This document shows positions 49,259 through 60,005 of a stretch of 64,000 bases of DNA, piece after piece. The DNA is from an uncultured Rothia sp. Lineage in GTDB: Bacteria > Actinomycetota > Actinomycetes > Actinomycetales > Micrococcaceae. Position 1 is the first letter of the stretch; each line of letters starts with the position of its first letter. The stretch spans positions 1,223 to 65,222 of the forward strand of contig NZ_CAJZIE010000001.1 in assembly GCF_916049665.1 (NCBI RefSeq), in the 5' to 3' direction. Below the pieces are notes generated by a model that saw nothing but the letters and a program-made list of their open reading frames with translations, made no database searches and was not told the DNA's origin. The position numbers and the translations under genes were made by a program.

Positions 49259-50713
49259 ATGTCTAAACTGCAGGGGAACACCCCCGAGCAGTCGGAGAAG
49301 AACGACTCGCTGAATCGTTCCCTCTCCCACGGCCAGTTGACCATGATTGCGATGGGCTTGGCGCTGGGTACGGGCCTGTTCCTGGGCTCCTCCTCCGCCA
49401 TTAAAATTGCAGGCCCCGGCGCAATCCTCTCTTACGCTATTGGTGCGATGATTGCGGCAACCATTGCCGCGTGCGCGGGCGAAATGTCCGTGCGTCACCC
49501 CGTCCAGGGCGGTTTTGGCACCATTGCGAGCCGATACCTGAACCCCTTTAGCGGCTACCTGACTCGCTGGGCGTATTGGGCATGCACCGTGCCGCTGGCG
49601 GGTGCTGAGCTGGTGGCGGTTGGCCACTACATGGCGTACTGGTTCCCGGACGTTCCCCTGGCTGTGTTCGTTGCCCTCTTCGGCGCGATTATTCTGGTGC
49701 TGAACCTGGTGAGCGTGAAGTCCTTCGGCGCCCTGGAGTTCATGCTCTCTTCGATTAAGGTTTCTGCCGTCATCGTGTTCATGGTGATTGGTGTGCTGCT
49801 GGTGTTCGTGGGTCTGCCCGGTCATGCCGCGGCGGGTACCGCAAACCTCGTGAACGACGGCGGCTTCCTGCCCAACGGCCCGGCATCCATCTGGATTTCG
49901 ATGGCTGTTGTCATGTTCTCCTTCGGCGGTGTGGAAATGATTTCTCTCTCCGCAGCGGAGGCGAAAGACCCGGCACGCTCGGTGGCAACCAGCGTGAAGG
50001 CAATGATTTGGCGCCTGTCCACCTTCTACGTGGTGTCCATGGCGATTATTCTGTGCCTGGTGCCCTGGCAGACCGCCGCACAGAACTCGGAGCTGACCGA
50101 GTCGCCGTTCGTGCTCGTCTTCTCTGAACTGGGTATCCCCTTCGCGGCGGACATCATGAACTTCGTGGTGCTCGTTGCTGCGCTCTCTGGCGCTAACGCC
50201 TCCCTGTACGCGGCAACTCGCCTGCTGCACGCCCTGGGCTCTGACCGTATGGCTCCCGCAGTGGCTGCCCGCACCTCCTCGCGCGGTGTGCCGGTCGTAG
50301 CTCTGCTGATTTCCTTCACCGGCGTTGTTGTGGCGACCGTGATGGCTGTTGCCAAGATTGGCGACATCTTTGCCCTGCTCATGGCGCTGGTGACCCTGTG
50401 CATCCTGATTGTGTGGATCATGATTCTGCTGACCTACCAGGCGTACAAGAAGGACCAGAAGGATGCCTCCTCCTTCACCGTGCTGGGTGGCCGCATCACC
50501 GCTGGCCTGGCTCTGGCGGGTGTTCTGGCGACCCTGGCGGCAATGTTCATGCTGCCCGGCTCGGGTGTTCAGGAATCCATCATGGTCGGCATCGTCTTCT
50601 TCGTGCTGATTTCTATTGGCTACGCCATCTCCTCGAAGGTTAAGGGCGGTTATGAGCGCCCCGACCTGGACGCTATGCACGCCGACGAGGATACCAGCGC
50701 GGCACAGCACTAA
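49259..50713 (+). CDS. amino acid permease, APC family
   Basis: 'LSHGQLTMIAMGLALGTGLFLGSSSAIKIAGP' is an APC signature. 12 TMS. Confidence 0.85.
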   Translation: MSKLQGNTPEQSEKNDSLNRSLSHGQLTMIAMGLALGTGLFLGSSSAIKIAGPGAILSYAIGAMIAATIAACAGEMSVRHPVQGGFGTIASRYLNPFSGYLTRWAYWACTVPLAGAELVAVGHYMAYWFPDVPLAVFVALFGAIILVLNLVSVKSFGALEFMLSSIKVSAVIVFMVIGVLLVFVGLPGHAAAGTANLVNDGGFLPNGPASIWISMAVVMFSFGGVEMISLSAAEAKDPARSVATSVKAMIWRLSTFYVVSMAIILCLVPWQTAAQNSELTESPFVLVFSELGIPFAADIMNFVVLVAALSGANASLYAATRLLHALGSDRMAPAVAARTSSRGVPVVALLISFTGVVVATVMAVAKIGDIFALLMALVTLCILIVWIMILLTYQAYKKDQKDASSFTVLGGRITAGLALAGVLATLAAMFMLPGSGVQESIMVGIVFFVLISIGYAISSKVKGGYERPDLDAMHADEDTSAAQH

Positions 50714-50744
50714 ATAGCGTGAAAGCCTCGCGAGGCTGAACCAT

Positions 50745-50797
50745 GAAAGGCACCGGATGGGGGAGCAACCCCGTTCGGTGCCTTTTGCTTTCTGCGG
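50745..50797 (+). terminator. rho-independent terminator after permease 1
   Basis: Hairpin 'ggcaccggatgggggagcaaccccgttcggtgcc' followed by TTTTGCTTTC. Confidence 0.6.
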
Positions 50798-50838
50798 GTT
50801 CTGGCGGCGCCGTTCTGAACGGCTCGGGCGTGCCCGTA

Positions 50839-50854
50839 GAATAGTTAACTATTC
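50839..50854. promoter_or_regulatory. 16-bp perfect palindrome GAATAGTTAACTATTC upstream of permease 2
   Basis: Read directly from the sequence, ~95 bp upstream of the GTG start at 50948. Confidence 0.5.
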
Positions 50855-50947
50855 GCACCTGTCACCGAGGACATGAGGCCGCGGGAGCCGGGTGCGAGCA
50901 CACATTGCACATCACGCCCCTAAGGCGTACTGACGGAAGGCACCTTC

Positions 50948-52453
50948 GTGTCCCACAACGACGATACCCGCAGCCACGCTGCAGCGGGGACCGCCGGATC
51001 GCGCACCCTGAAGCGTTCGCTGTCCCACGGACAGATGACCATGATTGTGATGGGTTCTGCGCTCGGTACGGGCCTCTTCTTGGGTTCGGGCACCGCCATT
51101 GCGATGGCTGGTCCTGCGGTCATTCTCACCTACGCTATTGGTTCTGCGCTCGCTTCGGTGATTGGCGCGGCAACCGGTGAAATGGCGGTTCGCTACCCTG
51201 TCCGTGGCGGTTTCGGTACTATTGCTACCCGCTACTTGGGCCCCTTCGCGGGCTTTTTGACTCGCATTGCCTACTGGACTGCGACTGTTCTGATTGCCGG
51301 TGTTGAGCTGGTATCGGTGGCAACCTACCTGAATTATTGGTGGCCGCAGTTGCCTCTGTGGGTTGGTATTGCTGTGTTTGGTGTGGCGCTGATTGTGCTG
51401 AATCTGACCAGCGTGAAGTCTTTTGGCATGCTGGAGTTCTTCCTGTCTTCGATTAAGGTCATTTCGATTGTTGCCTTCCTGCTGGTGGGCCTGTGCCTGG
51501 TTTTCTTCGGCCTGCCCGGTCACGCCGCGGTGGGTACCGCAAACCTCTTCAACGACGGCGGTTTCATGCCTAACGGCCCTCAGTCGGTGTGGCTGTCGCT
51601 GGCTGTTGTGATGTTCTCCTTCGGCGGTATTGAGATGATTTCGATCTCTGCTGCGGAGGCGAAGGACCCCTCCCGTTCGGTGCGTTCCTCGGCGAAGGCG
51701 ATGATGATTCGCCTGGCGACCTTCTACGTGCTGGCAGTTCTGATTGTTGTGGCTATTATTCCGTGGCGTTCGGCGTCGGGCCTGGGCGATGCGGTGGAAG
51801 CTTCCCCGTTCGTTCTGGTCTTTGAGCAGCTGGGTGTGCACGGTGTGGCGCACTTCGTGAACTTTGTGGTGCTGATTGCGGCGCTGTCGAGCGCGAACGC
51901 GAACCTGTACGCGGGTGCGCGTCTGATGCACTCGCTGGCGGTTGACGGTATGGCGCCTATCCAGCTGGCTCAGGTGAACCGTGCCGGCGTTCCGGCGCGT
52001 GCGGTATGGCTATCAACCAGCGGTATGGTGATTGCTATTCTGCTGGCTCTGTACAGCCCGAAGGAAGCGTTCCTCTCCATGATTTTTGTGATTATGGTGT
52101 GCGCGCTGACCGTGTGGGTTCTGATTCTTTTCGCGTACATCGTGTACAAGCGTGTTGAACCGGCAACGGGCGGTTTCCGCCTGTGGGGTGGCCAGTTCAC
52201 CGCAGCGGTGGGCGTTCTGCTGCTCTTCGCGGTGTGGGTTGCGCTCTTCATGGTGCGCGGTTCCATGGTTCCGGCAATTGTGGGCGTGGGCTACTTTGTG
52301 GTGCTGAGCCTGCTGTACTTCGCCCGTATTCGCCACACTCACATGATTGATGAGCAGACCTTCGTGGAGGCTCAGCAGGCAACTGCCGAGTATGACGCCA
52401 TGAAGTACGACGCTGATCATGCCCTGGAGACTGCGGCAAAGCTGGGCCGTTAG
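50948..52453 (+). CDS. amino acid permease, APC family (paralog of the upstream gene; GTG start)
   Basis: 'LSHGQMTMIVMGSALGTGLFLGSGTAIAMAGP'. Collinear and similar to the upstream permease throughout. Confidence 0.85.
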   Translation: MSHNDDTRSHAAAGTAGSRTLKRSLSHGQMTMIVMGSALGTGLFLGSGTAIAMAGPAVILTYAIGSALASVIGAATGEMAVRYPVRGGFGTIATRYLGPFAGFLTRIAYWTATVLIAGVELVSVATYLNYWWPQLPLWVGIAVFGVALIVLNLTSVKSFGMLEFFLSSIKVISIVAFLLVGLCLVFFGLPGHAAVGTANLFNDGGFMPNGPQSVWLSLAVVMFSFGGIEMISISAAEAKDPSRSVRSSAKAMMIRLATFYVLAVLIVVAIIPWRSASGLGDAVEASPFVLVFEQLGVHGVAHFVNFVVLIAALSSANANLYAGARLMHSLAVDGMAPIQLAQVNRAGVPARAVWLSTSGMVIAILLALYSPKEAFLSMIFVIMVCALTVWVLILFAYIVYKRVEPATGGFRLWGGQFTAAVGVLLLFAVWVALFMVRGSMVPAIVGVGYFVVLSLLYFARIRHTHMIDEQTFVEAQQATAEYDAMKYDADHALETAAKLGR

Positions 52454-52641
52454 GTTCTGCAGCTGCCGGGAGGGCCTGTGTTGGGGTCTGTAGAGACTCC
52501 AAGAAGGTAATAAACGAAAAATACGGAAAATTTCTGGAATTCCTCGTAATAAACCCGTAAAAATACCGTGGGCTCTCAGAGCGGGTCTATGATAGACAGT
52601 GAACCGTATGATCTTGTATGCGTTCAAATGTCTGTGTGTTG

Positions 52642-52690
52642 GATGAGGCTCGAAAGCATCGTAGCTTTCGAGCCTCATCATTTTAATTTC
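52642..52690 (+). terminator. perfect 16-bp-stem hairpin plus T-rich tract (terminator or sRNA 3' end)
   Basis: 'gatgaggctcgaaagc atcgta gctttcgagcctcatc' followed by 'attttaatttctg'. Confidence 0.6.
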
Positions 52691-52797
52691 TGAACATATT
52701 TTTAGAGCATTAAACCTAGATAATGTGTTCATTTGCTTTATAGTGCGAACCTGTGTGAACAGCCCCCTCAAAGCGGCGGGGGAGTAGAGTTAAAACC

Positions 52798-53310
52798 ATG
52801 CAAAGCCACGAAAACACCCCCGAAAAGAACGCCGCCTCTGAGGCTGGTACCACCGACGAACTGCTGGTGCACGTTCCCGCCCGCTGGGGCGACATGGACG
52901 CTTACGGCCACGTCAACAACGTTGCAATCCTCTCGGTCATGGAAGAAGCCCGCGTGGCGCTCTTCGGCCCGCCTCCGTCGTCCGGTGAGAAGCCAAGCGT
53001 GGCACCGCAGCCTCCGATTCCGCTGTTCGAGCTGGTCGCCGAGGGCGTGCAGGCACTCATCGCCGAGCACGGCATCCGCTACCTGGCTCAGCTGCCCTAC
53101 ACCGGCGAGCCCGTACCCGTGCGTGCGCGCGTGGAGAAGGTCAGCGCGGCATCCGTGCGGATTGGCTACTCGATTCTCTCCCCGGTGGACGGCCGCGAAT
53201 GCGTGCGTGCCTTCACCGTGCTGGCGTTCTGGGATTCCGTGGCGGGGCGGCTGACCCGACTCAGCCCCGAGCAGCGTGACCTGCTGAGCTCCTACCTGCC
53301 GCAGAAGTAG
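52798..53310 (+). CDS. acyl-CoA thioesterase, hotdog fold (YbgC/4HBT-like)
   Basis: 'VPARWGDMDAYGHVNNVAILSVMEEARV' is a typical 4HBT motif. Confidence 0.7.
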   Translation: MQSHENTPEKNAASEAGTTDELLVHVPARWGDMDAYGHVNNVAILSVMEEARVALFGPPPSSGEKPSVAPQPPIPLFELVAEGVQALIAEHGIRYLAQLPYTGEPVPVRARVEKVSAASVRIGYSILSPVDGRECVRAFTVLAFWDSVAGRLTRLSPEQRDLLSSYLPQK

Positions 53311-53415
53311 GGGCTGGTGCTCCGCTGTAATAAAACGGTCTTGAACGGGGTGAAGCGTATGCTTTAAATACCTTCTGCAAAGGGTGCAAAAGGTTCATTC
53401 CCGGGAGAGATAACG

Positions 53416-54537
53416 ATGTCGTTTCACCACACTCAGGCAGGCCCCGCCGGTTGGGGTCGCCGCACGATGCGCGCCACCGGATGCGCCGCCGCCCTGCTTC
53501 TTGCCCTGACCGGCTGTTTTGGCGGTTCTCAGAGCGAAAACTCCTCGTCGACCCCCAACCCCTCCGGCACGGCTAACCACTCGCAGTACCCGCTCCCTTC
53601 CTCCACCGCGTCCCCGTCACCGACGAAGAAGACCGAGCCGACCGTCACCGAGACTCAGGCGCCGGCTCCCGCAGAGAGCGCCGAGGCGAAGGCGTCCGAG
53701 TCCTCCGCACCGGCTGAGGCGAAGGAAACCCCCGCCGCGGCAGCAAGCTCCACCGGTGACACTCCTCGCGCGCCCGAAAAGGTGGAGGCTGAACGCGCCT
53801 CCGCCGGCGAGCGCTGCGGGCATATTGGTCGTAAGGGCTACTTGAAGACCGGTGCGGAGATCATGGTGCTGCGCGGTACCGTGGACTGCGCTCACGCGCT
53901 GGATGTGCTGACCGAGTACGTCACCACCCCGCGTGCCGACGACAACATGACCCAGCATCAGGTTGCGAAGGTTCAGGACGCCACCTGCTACTGGAACCCG
54001 CAGTACGAGATGGCGGAGAACCGTCGTGAGGACCGCGGCGCCCCCGAATGCACTATTGGCGAGGATGTCGCCTTCGTGGCTCGCCTGCAGAACCCGGACG
54101 CTCCTGACATTCCGTTCCTCATGGATCCTGCCCGGTACGATTCTGGTGCCGGCTACTACCGTTTCAAGAGCTACGATGAGCGCACCGTCTGCGAGTTGAA
54201 TGCCGCTGAGTCGACTCTGACCTGTGAGCGTCGTCTGGGCGGTCAGCTCACCGATGGTAACGGCGCGGTGGGTCGTACCTTCTCAGCGCCGGTGCGCATC
54301 ACCCGCATGAATTTTGCTACGGGTGCCTACGATGAGCGCGTGGAGGATGTCGCCCCCGCGACCCTGCATGCCGAGAGCACGACTGCGAACACGCTCATGT
54401 TGCGTCCGAATAATGTGACGACATTCCCTGCGGCTTCCGGCAAGCAGATTACCTGCTACGGCGAACCGGAGGATGGCATGATGACCTGCCACGATGGCGG
54501 AACCTACTCGGTTCCGATTGGTGGCGGTCAGCTCTAA
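53416..54537 (+). CDS. secreted lipoprotein with a Pro/Ser/Thr/Ala-rich linker and a Cys-containing C-terminal domain, unknown function
   Basis: RBS 'gggagag'. Lipobox 'LLLALTGCFGG'. Low-complexity linker. C-terminal domain conserved with the next gene. Confidence 0.6.
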   Translation: MSFHHTQAGPAGWGRRTMRATGCAAALLLALTGCFGGSQSENSSSTPNPSGTANHSQYPLPSSTASPSPTKKTEPTVTETQAPAPAESAEAKASESSAPAEAKETPAAAASSTGDTPRAPEKVEAERASAGERCGHIGRKGYLKTGAEIMVLRGTVDCAHALDVLTEYVTTPRADDNMTQHQVAKVQDATCYWNPQYEMAENRREDRGAPECTIGEDVAFVARLQNPDAPDIPFLMDPARYDSGAGYYRFKSYDERTVCELNAAESTLTCERRLGGQLTDGNGAVGRTFSAPVRITRMNFATGAYDERVEDVAPATLHAESTTANTLMLRPNNVTTFPAASGKQITCYGEPEDGMMTCHDGGTYSVPIGGGQL

Positions 54538-54728
54538 AACGGAGCACGCGGGCATAATGTTTGTCGATAGCTCAGGAGGGGCTCCCCGCAATGCTGGGGA
54601 GCCCTTCCTTTCGTGCTCTTGGGGCTATTTCGCGAGTCCTTGAGATGTCATATCCACATAGCTAGCTCACAGGTAGCGTCTTTAGAATACTGGTTAGGAA
54701 CCCGAACCGATGACGCAGAAAGGTCACC

Positions 54729-55430
54729 ATGCATCCGGCACAGAAGCACTCTACCCAGACTTCTTCTACTACTCTCCGCACCGCTAAGCGTTACAGCCCC
54801 GTGGCGCTCGGTGCCACGCTCCTGCTTGCCCTGTCGGCATGCTCCGGAGGTGCCACTACCGCCTCCCCGAGCGCTACCGCAACCCCCAGCCCCAGCGCTA
54901 CGAGCGCGAAGGCGACCCCTTCGCCCACCCGCACCGCAACGGTTACTGAAAGCACCCCGACCGCCGGTACTGTGCACACCCCCACCGCGGCGGCTACCGT
55001 TACCCCGGGCACCATCACCACCGCAAGCCCCTCGGCGACCGTGCAGGCGAGCGCGGCGGCGAGCTCCTCCGCATCGGCGAAGGCCGGTTCGAACGCTTCG
55101 GCGAGCGCATCGAGCACTGCGAGCCTGTCCAGCTCGGATGTTCAGTCTGCTGGCGGTAGCTGTGGCAGCATGGACGCTACCGGCTACCTGAAGCACAACG
55201 GAGTTGTTCAGGTGACCTCAGGTGCGGTGGATTGCCTGTTTGCGCGTGAGCTGGTCCGCCAGTTTGTGATGCAGAATCCCGCGGAGGTGACCGGTAAGGC
55301 GAATGGTGAGCGTACCGTCATGTCGGCGCGCTGCTACTGGAAGCCGGGTGACGGCGCGGATCGTGCGACCCCCGAGTGCGTGTCCCTGGATGGTGGTAGC
55401 ACCGTCATTACCGTGAAGCTGACTAACTAG
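54729..55430 (+). CDS. secreted lipoprotein, paralog of the upstream gene (shared 4-Cys domain), unknown function
   Basis: Lipobox 'LLLALSACSGG'. Thr/Ala/Ser/Pro-rich linker. 'CGSMDATGYLKHNGVVQVTSGAVDCLFA...ARCYWKPGDG...PECV' aligns with 'CGHIGRKGYLKTGAEIMVLRGTVDCAHA...ATCYWNPQ...PECT' in the upstream gene. Confidence 0.6.
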   Translation: MHPAQKHSTQTSSTTLRTAKRYSPVALGATLLLALSACSGGATTASPSATATPSPSATSAKATPSPTRTATVTESTPTAGTVHTPTAAATVTPGTITTASPSATVQASAAASSSASAKAGSNASASASSTASLSSSDVQSAGGSCGSMDATGYLKHNGVVQVTSGAVDCLFARELVRQFVMQNPAEVTGKANGERTVMSARCYWKPGDGADRATPECVSLDGGSTVITVKLTN

Positions 55431-55471
55431 CCTGCGGCTCACCCCCGCAAGGTTTAGGCGTTAAACGCAAG

Positions 55472-55512
55472 CGCCGCGTTGACGAGTGATTCGTCAACGC
55501 GGCGCTTTGCTG
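55472..55512. terminator. bidirectional terminator, 15-bp perfect stem
   Basis: 'gcgccgcgttgacga gtgat tcgtcaacgcggcgc' followed by TTTG. Lies between the convergent lipoprotein (+) and SRPBCC (-) genes. Confidence 0.6.
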
Positions 55513-55548
55513 TCTCGAGGCTATCTCGAGGAGTCGGCACGGCGAGGT

Positions 55549-56058
55549 TTAGAGCTCCCCGCGGGCACGGGCGGCGAGCACATCGTCCAGGCGGGCGAAG
55601 GTCGAACGCCAGGTGGTGCGCACCTCCTCATGGACCGAGGCGGGCATGGGGCCAATCTCGATAACGATGCGGGTACCGGAGCCCACGCCGTCAGAGGTGA
55701 TCACGGTTTCGGGGAAGAAACGGTGACGCTGGTACACCAGCACGCTACCGGGGTTGCCCAGGTGGTCGGGCAGCTGCTCGGCGTACTCGATCTCCTTGAA
55801 CGGCTCAATGCTCAAAAAGCGGCTCTGCAGGATGCAGGATACCGAGGGGTCGACCTCGTTAATCATGGAGAGGCGCTGCAGACCGCCGACGACGGGCTCC
55901 ACGACAACGTCGGTGGGGCGCACGTGCCAGCCGGCGGGGCCGTACCAGCGGACCAGCAGTTTGGGGTCCAGGTAGGCGCCGAAGACGTCCTCGACCGGTG
56001 CGGCGATCTCGTGGTCGAAGACGAGAAGCTCCTCATCGGGAACATGAGTGATGCTCAT
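55549..56058 (-). CDS. SRPBCC family protein (AHSA1 / polyketide-cyclase-like)
   Basis: 169 aa with 'FDHEIAAPVEDVFGAYLDPKLLVRWYGPAGW', typical of the Aha1/SRPBCC domain. Confidence 0.6.
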   Translation of the reverse strand: MSITHVPDEELLVFDHEIAAPVEDVFGAYLDPKLLVRWYGPAGWHVRPTDVVVEPVVGGLQRLSMINEVDPSVSCILQSRFLSIEPFKEIEYAEQLPDHLGNPGSVLVYQRHRFFPETVITSDGVGSGTRIVIEIGPMPASVHEEVRTTWRSTFARLDDVLAARARGEL

Positions 56059-56090
56059 AGGGTTCTCCTTACGCGGGTTGAAGAGCGGGT

Positions 56091-57515
<1,425 letters not shown>

Positions 57516-57525
57516 TCAGCCAAGC

Positions 57526-58500
57526 TTAGCCGGCAAAGTCGCCGAGCATATCCACGGTCGGCACGAAGAAGAGGGTGCCGGTCACCGCGGTGCTGAAGTC
57601 CAGCAGGCGGTCGTAATTAGCGCCGTCCACTCCCATGAACATGTTCATGAGCATCTTCTGAACGGTCGAGAAGGTGCTGGCGTAGCAGATGAAGTAGGTG
57701 CCCAGCTCGTTGTTACCCACGGTGCCGAAGGGCATGTTGTCGCGAATAACCTTGAAGTCGTCACCGATATTGGCGATGGCGGAGTGCGAGTTGGCGGGCT
57801 TTTCGTCCTCGCTCATCTCGATGTCGTCGTGCTTGGATCGGCCGATGACCTTCTCCTGCTCGGACACGGGCAGACTATTCCACGCGGTCATGTCGTGAAT
57901 GTACTTCTGCACGAACTGGTAGCTGCCGCCCTTGTACATGGGGTCATTGTCACCGATGAGACCGAAGTATTCGCGTGCCGCGGGGGTCTGCGGGTTCTCG
58001 GTGCCGTCCACAAAGCCGATGATGGAGCGGCCGTCCCAGTAGCGGAAGCCGTGCACCTCATCGAGCACCTCGGCAATATCGCGCAGAGCCGCGGTAATAG
58101 CGGACGCCATATCGTAGGCGACCGACGGCTGGGTCGCGCGGATGTGGAAGTGCAGATCGCCGGGAGTGGATACCGCGGTGTGCTTGGGGCCCCTAATCTC
58201 CTCGAACTCCACGAGCTCCTGCGGCAGCGGCTTGGGCAAATCCAGGGTCAGCCACGCGCTGTGGCTGATGCCCAGCACAATGCTGGCGTTCTCGGGTGAG
58301 TAGCGGTTCGCGGCGGTGTGGTTGAGGTTAATGACGAGCCCGCAGAGGTTCTGGAACCCCTCAAGGAGCGCATCCTGCGAGATGCCCTCCTTGAACTTCC
58401 AGACCATGAAGATGGTGTTGGAGTTCGGGCTGGCGGTGACCTGTTGTGATTCTGGTGCAAACATAAAACTCACCGTACGCCCGTGTACACGCCCCCGCAA
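57526..58500 (-). CDS. Dyp-type peroxidase (probable start at the internal 'MFAPES' ~58464)
   Basis: 'GFVDGTENP' is the DyP GXXDG motif region. ~310 aa core. Confidence 0.7.
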   Translation of the reverse strand: MRGRVHGRTVSFMFAPESQQVTASPNSNTIFMVWKFKEGISQDALLEGFQNLCGLVINLNHTAANRYSPENASIVLGISHSAWLTLDLPKPLPQELVEFEEIRGPKHTAVSTPGDLHFHIRATQPSVAYDMASAITAALRDIAEVLDEVHGFRYWDGRSIIGFVDGTENPQTPAAREYFGLIGDNDPMYKGGSYQFVQKYIHDMTAWNSLPVSEQEKVIGRSKHDDIEMSEDEKPANSHSAIANIGDDFKVIRDNMPFGTVGNNELGTYFICYASTFSTVQKMLMNMFMGVDGANYDRLLDFSTAVTGTLFFVPTVDMLGDFAG

Positions 58501-58579
58501 TGAACCCAGCCCTAACCTTCTGCGCCAGCGTGAGAATACATTGGCGGGAGAAGATTAGGGCTGTATCAACGATAAGAAT

Positions 58580-59842
58580 TTAGAAGCCGTGGGAGGCGAG
58601 GTCGCGGGCATGCGCCAGACGCGCCGCCGTCTCAAAAATAGTCCACGCCTGCACCTGAGTGGACAGCTCCACCGGCGCACCGGGCTTCACGACCTTACTC
58701 ATCGGCTCGGTGAACCGCGGGGAGAACTGTACGAGCGCCTTACCGCGAATCTCGTTCGGGTCAATGCCGTACTCGTTCATCGGCAGGTCGGGGTCGAATT
58801 CGCGGCGGCCCTCCCACAGGGCGCGGGCGGTCGAGTACACCAGGGTCGAGGCGAGCGCTCGCGCCTCGTCACTGAGCAGCGGCGAGGATGCCGCCATGCC
58901 CAGGTAGCGCACGAGAATGCCGGTGAACAGGCCGCCGTCGCCGTCGCCGTGCGAGATGAGGATGCGGCGGCGCGCACCGGAGAGGAACTCCACCTCTTCG
59001 GTCATATGCTTGACGATGCCGACGATGAGGCGTTCGGCGCGTTCTGCGGGGTCCACCTCGCAGGGCACGCCGGAGGCGGCGAGGCTCAGCAGGGCACCCA
59101 GGGCGGTTCCCTGGTTGTAGGTGTATTCGCCGCGTTCGTAGTCGTACTCGTCGCCGCGCACGTTCACACCGTCAATATAGAGCGAACGTTCTGCATCCCA
59201 GAGGGTTTCATTCATCCAGTCCATGAGCGCGGCGGCAGTCTTTGGGTCACCCGCACGCACATACGCCAGGGCGGTCGGCGCGGTCGCCGCAGCATTCACG
59301 AAATCACGCTTGGACTTGCGCCAACTCATGCCGCCCACCGGGGAGAAACCCTTCGCCAGCTGCTCAAAGAGAGCCGCACCAGCATCCTGAGCGGCAACAT
59401 CGTTCGCACCGGTCAGCTCAATGCAGAAGGAATTCATGCGGCCCACAGCGAGGGTCAGCCACGCCATATCGTCAAAGTAGTCGTTCGCGAAGCGGCCGTA
59501 GTTACGAACATTAATGCCGCGCAACAGCGCGCGGGCACGGTGCAACTCCTCCTGGGCGGCGGTGATATCGCCCTCGCGTAGGTGACGCTGGCCGGCATCA
59601 ATCACACAGTCCAGCAGGTGCGCCTGCCACCAGTAATGCCAAATGTTCAGGCGCTGGCTCAGCGGGCGCGGGTCCGGCACCTGCACCGAACCGATGAGGG
59701 CGCCGGGCACGCCGAGGATGCGGTGCACGAAGGTGTCGGTGACGCTGGCGGCTGCGGCAGCGGCATGCGAGGAGGTGCGCTCGGCGTACTCGCTAATCGA
59801 CTCCAGAGACTGCGCGTTGTGGGAAGACGGCTGGGAATTCAT
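58580..59842 (-). CDS. glycoside hydrolase family 76-like (six-hairpin) protein
   Basis: 'LNIWHYWWQAHLLDCVIDAGQ' and overall similarity to GH76-type proteins. The start is set at 'MNSQPSS'; the upstream ~100 codons of the track ORF are low-complexity. Confidence 0.45.
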   Translation of the reverse strand: MNSQPSSHNAQSLESISEYAERTSSHAAAAAASVTDTFVHRILGVPGALIGSVQVPDPRPLSQRLNIWHYWWQAHLLDCVIDAGQRHLREGDITAAQEELHRARALLRGINVRNYGRFANDYFDDMAWLTLAVGRMNSFCIELTGANDVAAQDAGAALFEQLAKGFSPVGGMSWRKSKRDFVNAAATAPTALAYVRAGDPKTAAALMDWMNETLWDAERSLYIDGVNVRGDEYDYERGEYTYNQGTALGALLSLAASGVPCEVDPAERAERLIVGIVKHMTEEVEFLSGARRRILISHGDGDGGLFTGILVRYLGMAASSPLLSDEARALASTLVYSTARALWEGRREFDPDLPMNEYGIDPNEIRGKALVQFSPRFTEPMSKVVKPGAPVELSTQVQAWTIFETAARLAHARDLASHGF

Positions 59843-60005
59843 GGACCCTCTGTAGTTGCGGTGAAGTATTACGTCTGAAATTATCCCACTTTTTGCCCTC
59901 TGAACGCCCGGACGCTGTGGGCGGGCTCTCGGGTGTGACCCCTTTTCGAGAGCCCGCCGAGAAGATGCACCGCAGGGAACGGGATGAACGCCACTCAAAA
60001 ACGGG

